A DNA stretch of 64,000 nucleotides from Trichinella spiralis. Taxonomy: Eukaryota. Positions 54,050-64,000 of the stretch are shown one piece after another. Position numbers and translations under genes: made by a program. Position 1 is the first letter of the stretch. Every line of letters starts with the position of its first letter. The stretch lies in assembly GCF_000181795.1 (NCBI RefSeq), contig NW_003526943.1:4491228-4555227 (forward strand). Direction: 5' to 3'. The notes below the pieces were generated by a model. That model saw nothing but the letters and a program-made list of their open reading frames with translations. It searched no databases and was not told the DNA's origin.

Positions 54050-55061
54050 TCAGTCTGATAACGTGTCAAGATTTTGAAAAGATTTGTCTAATTTGTCCAT
54101 ACAATTTCCATCAGAATCTCTTTGGCTGCGTTGAGAATGACGCCACTTCATCCGGCGATTTTGAAACCATATTTTCACCTGAAACATATGATTACTTTAC
54201 GTTAACTTTTATTAAGCAACTGTATCACACACATACTTGGGCATCGTTTAATCCAAGATCCAATGCCAGTTGCCTTCTATCTGGTTTGCTGATGTATTTG
54301 TGCCTTTGAAAACGATCTTCCAGTTGTTTTCTCTGGTTGTCAGAAAATACTGATCTGCGAAAATAAGACTTTCTGGCTCCTTCTTTCATTTCAATTACTG
54401 GACAGGAAAAATATGAACTTGGATGGTGATATTCTGAAATAATGATCATCCCAGCATTGCTAAATTATGAATTTTAATTACCTCTATTCCATGCTAAAAA
54501 TAAACATTTAACTTGGAACTGAAATTATTCTTTTAAAAATAATAATATTTGTTTACCATTAAGCAGAGAAGGGTGATATGGAGCAAACGACGAGGTCAAA
54601 AATGTTGGCTGAGGCTTTTCAGCTGATAAGTTTGGATACGAATTTATAAATCCTCCATATAATTGGCTGCTACCTCAAAATAATGTAAAACATAAATAAA
54701 TCAAAAAAAGATTAGTTATTATTTAAAATTACATAAATTATCTTACATCTTCACTGAATGTTATATACATACGTGCATATACAAAAAATAAAAAGCTGAA
54801 TATACACAGAAGCTTACTTGCTATTTTCGAAGTACTGCTGTCGTCAAAATTTAATATATTTTTTATGCTAAATTTAAGTGAATCGCATTTGGAATGTTCG
54901 TGGCTGCATTGACTTAATGCATTGGTTTCAATTTTTTGCTTGCTTGAAGTTTGGCAGGTTGTTCCATGAGATACATTTAGTGATATTTTGCTGTTACTGT
55001 TGCTGTTGTTCAAAGCAATTTTTGAACCATTTGTTCGGCGTTTTTCTTCTTCATTCGACAT
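54050..55061 (-). CDS. NKL-class homeobox gene, Dbx/Hlx type, with eh1 motif
   Basis: Exon 1 has eh1 FSIKNIL. The homeodomain reads RRSVFSDNQRKQLEDRFQRHKYISKPDRRQLALDLGLNDAQ|VKIWFQNRRMKWRHS across intron 54236-54179. Stop at 54050-54052. Confidence 0.9.
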
Positions 55062-58000
55062 TGTAGTAATTTGTAGTGTACGTCTAAATGAATAAATATA
55101 TAAATGAGTGTATATATATATATATATATTCAAAATAAAGAAGAAAACATATAACACTGTTAAATGCTTATATGAAAATAAAAAAGCAACTTAAGAAGTA
55201 AACGAATTAAAACTTATGATAGCCATTAAAGAATTCAAGTTGAACGGAAAGTTATTTTCTATTCTGATGAAGATAATATGCGTAAATAATTTTATAAAAA
55301 TTACTACTTGTTATTCACATTCGTCAATATTCTTCTGTGATAAACTAATGGGGATAAGGTATGTAATAAGTGAAAGCTTCAAAGAAGTAAAAATCGAAAT
55401 TATAAAGAAGAATGACTTTATTGATGTGATAACCAATGGATAAGTACATAGTGAATTGTTGCAAATTTGTAAATTAGGAACGCCAGAAAAATTCTAATAT
55501 CTTATTATAAAAGAATTAAAATTGCCGAAAGTAATTCTTTTTAAAGCTGTATTAGGCTTTTGAAAAATTATTCAACTTGCCATTTCAGATTTTGCACAAC
55601 ATTTACCTGAAATGGAATGCCAGGCCAAACATTCTGTTTAAAAGAAGCATCAAGAAAATTACCATTACATTGTTTGTCGTTTCATTTCAATTATTTCAGT
55701 AAATGATTTATCATTTATTCCATTGTAACGTGTTAGTGATCAGATGAGATAAAATAAGCATCCCTGTTATATTTTCTAGTTACTGATTATTAAGACTGTA
55801 CAACTATATCTGATACAAAAGTATATTTTAAGATTCATTTGTACTTACATCCAAGTACAGTTTTAAATGATTATGAAACAATACAGACAACCATATTAGA
55901 GTTGTTTTATAAGAAGATGGTGATTAAATTTCATTTTTATATTCTTTTTCAATTTTCCAGAATTTGTCATCCAAATTTGCTCTCATTATTATGCTACATG
56001 TAGAATCTTTCTTAATTAAGCTAGATGCGCCATTCACCACAGGCATTGTTATAATAATTACATATCAAATCCTTATTATAAGATAATTACGCTTTGTAAA
56101 TTGATTAAGTAAAAAATGTTCAAATCTTGCCATGATCAGTAAAATTTATTTGAAATAAAAATTTCCACTTTATACACGATATATTTCAATTTACTTGTTT
56201 GAAGTGGTTATGTCACAGAAGTTTAAAATTAATTACATTCTGCTTTATGCAAATCGAAAAATGTACTAATTAGTTATTTTTAAATAATAAAGATTATTTC
56301 AGATTTTGAAACTGAACAAAAAATATTAAGTAAAACGTATCAAGCAAAAAGGAATGCATTTTTGCCAAGTAGTTGAAATAAAAAAAGAAAAAGAAAAGTA
56401 GCTGTAAAGAAGGAAGTCCGCTAGAGTTCAGTTAGCTAGACTACAACAGCTGTACTATTTATATTTGCAACAAATATCGATTTCAGTCAACCTTTATTAT
56501 GTATATCATTGTGATGAATTTTTACTTTTTGCATATAAAGTAATTCATTTCAGTCCTACAAAAGTCAGATGAACATTTTTTCCATTGTAACATTTCAACT
56601 TCAAAAGAAATAGAAACAAATAATTTCATTTATTGAATATTATATTACCTGTAGCTGAAATGATAAAATAAATTTTATTATGCAGAATTTACGTCGAACT
56701 GACATTCTACTGAAAAACAAGAAGTAAATATTTTCAATTTTCAAATTTGATTTTTATTCAATTTATGCACTTGATTAAAAATAACAAGTCGTTTACTCTA
56801 ATTGCTGTCATAATTATTTTTATGTAATCCACATGAAATATTAATTTCATCATCTATATTTCCATGTAAATTTACATCAGTCATTGTCATTTTTTAATAG
56901 TGAATTTTAAGGAAAGTTGTTGTTTTGCAAAAATTTATAAAAATTGCATTTAAATTAAAATAAAATTTCTTAAAATTATACTCTTTTGTTTATAATTATT
57001 TCAAAAAACAAATTATTTATTTATTTTTAAATCAAATATTTGGCTAAATTTTTATTTTTTTTAATAAAAACATTTTTTTTGAATAACAATTTTTTACGAA
57101 AGTCAAGTTTTGCAAAATATAATTTATTTTGATCCATTTATTTGTTTGAACAATTTGATTAAATTTTTTAATGTACTTAATAATAATTAATATATTAATT
57201 GAAGATATATAGCATCAAAAAAGAATAATACTAATAATAATGAAACAGCTACAGTTGATCCATGAAAGTCTGAAATGGTTTCAAAATGTAACTGAACCAG
57301 TGCTGAAAATTTATAGGGAAGGATTAAATGATCTTTAAATATACAGTGAATATTGGCTTGCAACAGGTAAATATTTTTTTATCATAATTAATTGACTTAT
57401 TGAATTGCCTGAATAACAATTAACTTCTAATGTTTTTGTTTGATTAGGCATAAGATTGAAATAATTTATCATATTATTGCATTAAAAAATGCAATTATTG
57501 ACAATTACACTGAATTGAATGAAAAAATGCTTTGAAATTTTTAAATTATTATTTTCATACTTTGAGTAGGCATTTTTTAAAAAATGCTTCTATCTTTATG
57601 AAATTCACCACCATCAATTGCAAGTTGAGCAATAGCAGGAAAAAGAGACAGCAACGTGAAAGGGTAGACTGTTCATAAAAGCTGTTATCTTTTAATAAAA
57701 AAGCATAAATATTATATTAAAAAATAAAGAATCGGATTAAATGTTACTAAATAGAGCAATTTTGCAGTTGCAACAGGTAATTATGAATAAAATTTTTTAA
57801 TAATTTATCTTATTTTATAAATTCACAAAGTTTAAGATTTGCTTTCTACAAAAACGTTGAAAGATGAGGCAAATGTAAAAGGCAAAATAAAATTATTTTA
57901 CGAATTATTCACTTCTATAAAAATTCAGTCTTTTAGAAAATAGGCCAAATAAAGAAAAGGATAATTGTCATAATGTAACAAATGCCAAAAATCTACAAAA

Positions 58001-61000
58001 ATCTGTAATATACAAATAAATTCCTCCCAACAACAATATATTTCAAATTTGTTATTTAAGCAAACTCAGCATCTAGTAAATATGAATGGCGATATCTTTA
58101 AAATAATTTTATTTATTTGAAAATGGCAAAAAAAGATTTATAAAATATTGTTAGAATTCATAAATTAGAATGCCTTGAAAGAAACTGTTATCACCTCAAC
58201 TGTGAGCATGATTAGCAGTAATTGCATAATAATAATAATGATGATGATTACAGTAGGCAAAACTATTTCATTCAGTTATGGTGAGCACTAGGATATATGA
58301 AAATAGGAAATAAAGTGCAGCAAAATAAAGAAGTAATAATTAAGCTAAATTTACTCATCTTGCTGATAACAGTAAATTGCATTCAAATAATGAACCCACC
58401 AACAGTTGGTAATTGCTTTTAAAACTTTTCTTCATAAAAATTAATTTTACACGTTTAATTTTAAGCTATTATTATTATTTTTTGGTTTAAAAAAGAACTC
58501 TTTGTTAGAAAGCAAAAAATGCTTACCCCTTGAATATTGCAGTAATGAAATGTTTAAGCATACCTAAAGAACCAAACAGTAAATTTTAATTTTATTTCAA
58601 AAATTTATTAAAATACTTTCTCAGTTTTATTATTCATGACATCTGTTATTTGTTTAGCATTAATGCAAAGTATGTGTTTATTTTTCATGTGAAATTTAAT
58701 GGTCCAACTTTCAATTTTAATGATTGCTGGTATTCACCTATTTGGCATAAAATTACAAATGAAATAAAGGCATGTAAAAAACATTATGTATGCATATGAT
58801 ATGGTTATTCATGATTTATTTAATATGAAAAAAATAAACAAAAATGTTATATAAATTTAAAAAATAAAAATGTATAAAAGTATTATGTACAATTTTGTGG
58901 AGAGAGAAAGTTAAGCTATTAGTGTTAATATTAGTTAGCGTTAAGTATAATTTGCCAGTATTGGATATGACTGTTAAAAGTGATGTTATCATATTTCAGT
59001 ATGCTTTAAAATGCAGTTCATGTGCAACACAAATCGATCGTTATTATTTCCTTCACAATGAAAATGGAAATTTTATTCCCATGTCATTTCGTCCTATGTG
59101 TATTATTGAGCATTTTGATGCAATCAGAATGCACTGATTACTTTTCATACAATAAATGCAAAGTTTCTTTGTTTATACTGACAGTTATTGTTTTTTCCAT
59201 AAAATAAAAAAAGGCAAATGTATAGACTGATAGGTACATAATCTTGAGTTCATAAAAAGCTGAAATTTTGTAATTAATAATAAAGTAAAAAGCATTTCGT
59301 TTCATTATGTTGTTATAGTAAAGTGATGATAAATAAATAGGACTCAAATGGGAGGTGTGAAAACGGATCGTCTCATACTTTATATTTTGTCATAATTTTA
59401 AAAATTTATCATTTTAGTTTTGAATTAATTAAAATAATAACTTCATGCTATTTGCTGCATTTTGAAATAAAAATAAAAGTACATTTCATTCAACGGATCA
59501 TATTTTATCTACTGTATTAACTTTTTGTGTTTCCATCAGAAATACTTTTGCAAATGAACATTTATCTTGCTATTGATTATTCAGAAGAAGCCTAAATATT
59601 TCTTTCAGGATTTAATTTAATATTTTTATTATATGTTTTTGCCAAACCACTGCAAAAGATTCTTCTCATAACAATTTATTTCTTAACAATGGAATTATCA
59701 ATGTCATGCTAGAGATGTTGAAATGAAAAGCAAATCTTCTTCATAGCATTAGACGATATCATCATTCTGTATCATTTTTGCATAATTCATTTATTAAAAG
59801 GATAATGAAAATTTTAGGAAAAAATTCAACCGAATCAATAATATGCATTGCTGTAAGCTTCTTTCGTAGATTCTTACATTATCAGCTTAGTTAGTTCCCA
59901 GCTGTTATGCAATGAATTGTTAAATGCAATTGAAAAATAGGTGCATTATAAATAAATTTTGCATAAGTTTAATTTAGAATTAAAAGTTTAATTTAGTTGA
60001 AACAACATTCTGCTTGTTTAAAATAAATACGAAAATAGTGATAAATTGCAAATTGCACACATTTTATAGAGATTAAAGATGTGAATAAGAAGAATATGAG
60101 ATAAAAATAAATTTAAGCAAAAACAACTTCTAATGCAGTTAAAGTTGATTACGTTACAGAATTACAATACGTCACAAATAAATGGCCATGAAAATATGAA
60201 CAGTCGAGTTGATGATATTTAAGGAAAAACTTTCAAACTTTCAATCATTTTATTTGAAATTAAATTAAATTAAATTATACTTATTTTGATCAACAATTAA
60301 ATTCTTACCAAGTGACATAGCTACAAAAAGAAGACAAGGATTTGATTGCCCATGGATAGGGTGAATTGTATGTTTGTTAGATTGTAAAATGCTAAAGAAT
60401 AGCTTTTGCTTCATTAATTGACTTCAGCTTTCTAGAAATATAAGCAGAACCATGCGAAGTAGAAATCTCCGCTTTAGGCTTATTCAAACAGGTTCCTAAT
60501 TGCCAACGATGCATTAAACATATAAGTGAAATTGTGATGTGTTAAGTAAATGACACAACTGTTAAAATGCACGACTGTTTTCATTTAAATCAACACTACA
60601 AGCATGACAGTGTTCATGTTTCCAAATTGTCATGCAATAATAGAAAAGCCGACAGTCAAACAGTTGATGCGGGGAATTTCTACATGTTTTCAACAAAAAT
60701 CAATCTATTGAGCAATGTAAATTTGCAATTCGAGTTGTAAAATATGAAAGTGCAAATACAATTTACCAGCTTTTACAAAAATTGCGGCAGCCCTTAAAAT
60801 TTAATGCAGTTAATTATGTTGGGTTAAATGAGAAATATTTTTTCAAAATAAAGATAAAAATTTGAAATAACCACTTACATTTTTGCCTTTTGTAAAGTGG
60901 ATATAACAAAGTTCACAGATGCAGTTGAATGTTCACATCTTTAACTGCAAAATAGCAGTATTCACCTTTTGGGAAAGGCCAAAAAGAGAGAGGAGGTTAA

Positions 61001-64000
61001 CAATTATTAGGTCGATTAGCAAAATGATTAGCAGGTTGCTGATAATGTAGATAAGAAATAACGACAACAACAACAAATAATAATAATAATAGAATAGAAG
61101 AAGATTAATGTATAATTTTTCTTAGCAGTAGAGTAAAAAATGTCAACAGTGGAGAGGGGTTTAAAATTGTTTCCTTAGCTGGTTACATTTCCGACCACAA
61201 AAGTTGACAGGTCGATTGGTGTACTGAATGATGGCACCTGTTTTCAGCATTATTGTCATTTAATACGTTTCATTTTATTAAGTAGAAACAAATCAATATG
61301 TCAGAATTGATGACCAACCTTTTACTCATCAAACCCGTATGGCCACTAGCTTACGAAGCGTTTATGCTACAATCTATATTAATCGACTGAGAATGAGCAA
61401 TTTCGCTTGCTTGGCTGCTTGCTTGGTTACACTATCCACTTCAACGGCCAAGAAATCAACCGATCGCCTGCAAAAGAACAAGACTCACTTTTAATAGAAT
61501 CCATCATTCCTGGGAGCGACAATAAGGATTCAAACAAAATAATAAGCGGCCGTAAGTCGGGTCGATGCAGGTCGACTGGAGGCGTTGAATTGTCTGACTC
61601 TGATCGAAAATGTTGCGCAAAGGTGAATTATTAAAATCCACCAAATGGATTTACCGATCAACAGATTAGCTTGCTCAAGTTGGCCTATCTTACTGCATAC
61701 ATACTTATATACATAGATATTCAACTTGGAGAATGTACCGGGCATTGGCTCATTTACAGACACATAAATCCATGACATGACCATTATTTGTCTCATAATC
61801 GAAATTGTCTTTCTTCACACTCATTCAACCACAATCTGACAAATTCATATACTGAATGCATACTCTTGACACTGAAATCATGTCTGCATCAATTAGAAAT
61901 TCAATTTGCATAGCAACACTTCAAATGTTACACTCTCCTTACATTGCTATGAAATTACACGCAGTCAGGAAAGAAGAAATGTCTGATGATTGACCGCTCA
62001 GTGATATTTCAATTTTATCATACCCCTCATCATACATTGCCATTCAAATAAAACGAATATTATTAAGTTTATAAAAGTAAATTTTTACAACAATCAAAAA
62101 TCTTTTTTCTTTCAGATAATCCACTTTGTGATTATCACTTTTTTTACCATTGGTTTTTTCCAACTCAATTACTACGGTGAATTTATGAAATATTGATCTT
62201 CTGAAAAGTCGATTTGCTTAAAATAATTGACAAACAATAATGAAATATCCACTGAATTTAATTCATTCGTTCGCTTATTTTCTTGAAATGAAATATTCAT
62301 CACCTGTATGGCAATTTATTTATGAATGCAAAACCGAATTAGAACCTATTTTGAATTTATTCATTAATTAATTACAAAATTACAACTTCCAGTTCATTAT
62401 AATGAGGTAATGTTCATTTATGTAATTACAATTTATGACGTCTTTTTTTTCTTTTTATGTTTTTTCCAAGAATTATTGCAAACATATTTAAATTTGTGCA
62501 ATGAAACTTTTTCACTTCCAAATCAATCCTTCATATTAACTTGATGTCAAAAGTACACGCGTAACACAGCAATCAGCGATATTGGGTAATTGAGAAAAAC
62601 GTTCAAAGCAAAATTATTCACAATTATTTATTATTAATTTTTTTACATAGAAAATAAAATGTTGTTTCATCATGCAATATTAGAACACAGAAATTACAGA
62701 ATAACATTATGCATTTTTTTATCGACTTTTCCATATATATTGTACTGTATCAATAAAAAAATTAAATTATTTTTTTGTTTTAATTTTTAAAGAATTTTTA
62801 TTGTAGAAAAGTGATCTTTGAAAAGATCACTCACGATACTGTGCATGAATAGTTAATTTTATAATTTGGCATTTTTTTCCTAAAAGAACAGCACAACAAT
62901 TAATATTTAAACTTATATTCTTGATTATATTTGCAATTTTAAAGTTGATGTAATGTCTTTTTTTATTTTATGATCAGTGTTGAAATTTGTCCAACAAAAC
63001 AAATGATTAAATCGTATTATTTGCTATTTTTAAATATGATTTTTTATTAAATTTGCTATCAAAAAACTTGCTTCAAGTTTTTATTGTGAACGATTTAAAA
63101 CAATTTATACGTATGCAATTGCATGATTATTAGTTTTAAATCTGAGGTGAATTTTGTTTTTTTTTTGTTTATTTTTAATATTATTGCATTGATATATTAA
63201 TAAATGAAAAAACTGAATGTATGTTTTATTTTGAAAATTTCAAGGTAGATACAAAATTTAATAAATATTTGCTTTATTATCATATATTTTATTTTATATT
63301 ATATACTTATTTTTTTAATTCAGTTTAAAATTTTATTAATTTATTTAATGCAATGAAAAAGCTGAAAAAAATTATTTGTAAACTGAAATTTGAAGTTTTG
63401 AATGCCAAAATTTAAATATATCTCAATAAATAAATTACCATTGAATAAAATACTGTTTTTTGAAAGTAAAATAAAAACTGTCTTATTTTTGTAAATCATT
63501 TTGAAATAAAAAATTATGATTCAAAAGTGTTGTTTTCCAATAACATTATTGGATTTTATTTGGATTATTATTCATAACTGTTTTTAGACTAATGTAAGTT
63601 CAAATTTCTCATTGATATCATAGCTACAAATTCTTTCAAAAATGTTTTAAAATGGCTTCTACTTGCTTATTCATTCTTTTCTTGTCTGAATAAATTTGTT
63701 AGCTTTGCACAAATTTACATTTTTACACCTGAGACTTTAATATTAGTATGCTTGTTGCGTTTAACATTTGTACTTATATAATTTTATGTATATCTATCTT
63801 GTTTCACATCATCAATAAAAAAATTAGCTCAATTTACTATGCATTTATAATCTTTGCATATTTCAGTTAATTGCATCTTTTCCTGTGTGATCTGGAGATT
63901 CACCATGAAAGACTGATTTTAAAATCTTGCTGTATCAAGTATTTAGCAAACTTATAGTTTTCAATGAATTACAGTCAGGAATTTTTAGGTCACAATTGTT

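Noticed and set aside
62810..62831. 10-bp-arm inverted repeat agtgatcttt-ga-aaagatcact
   Set aside because: Short and isolated, plausible by chance, with no TSD or associated element.

Overview
AT-rich eukaryotic genomic DNA with short GT-AG introns, many ending in TTTCAG/TTTTAG. The gene content and intron style fit a nematode, probably Trichinella or a related clade I species; this is inferred and not shown by the sequence. The first ~33 kb is gene-dense: a secreted orphan gene, SPOUT1, a complete but dead Buster-type hAT transposon with TIRs and an 8-bp TSD, DDX55 with a small membrane-protein ORF nested in intron 1, a secreted Cys-rich (CCG-like) gene, METTL6, ICMT, an SRP/7SL RNA gene followed by a tRNA-like B-box fragment, a Bel/Pao LTR remnant, an eIF4B-like gene, a short CtIP/COM-1 gene, a T-box gene with an upstream GGCGCC-rich region, and an orphan type I membrane protein. 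The last ~31 kb is mostly non-coding and holds only a sex-peptide/MIP-receptor-like GPCR and a Dbx/Hlx-class homeobox gene. I see no prokaryotic-type system such as CRISPR. The most unusual items are the nested smORF, the B-box downstream of the 7SL gene, the triplicated eIF4B mini-exons, the GGCGCC cluster and the N-terminally short CtIP. Exon boundaries were read by eye and are approximate where stated.
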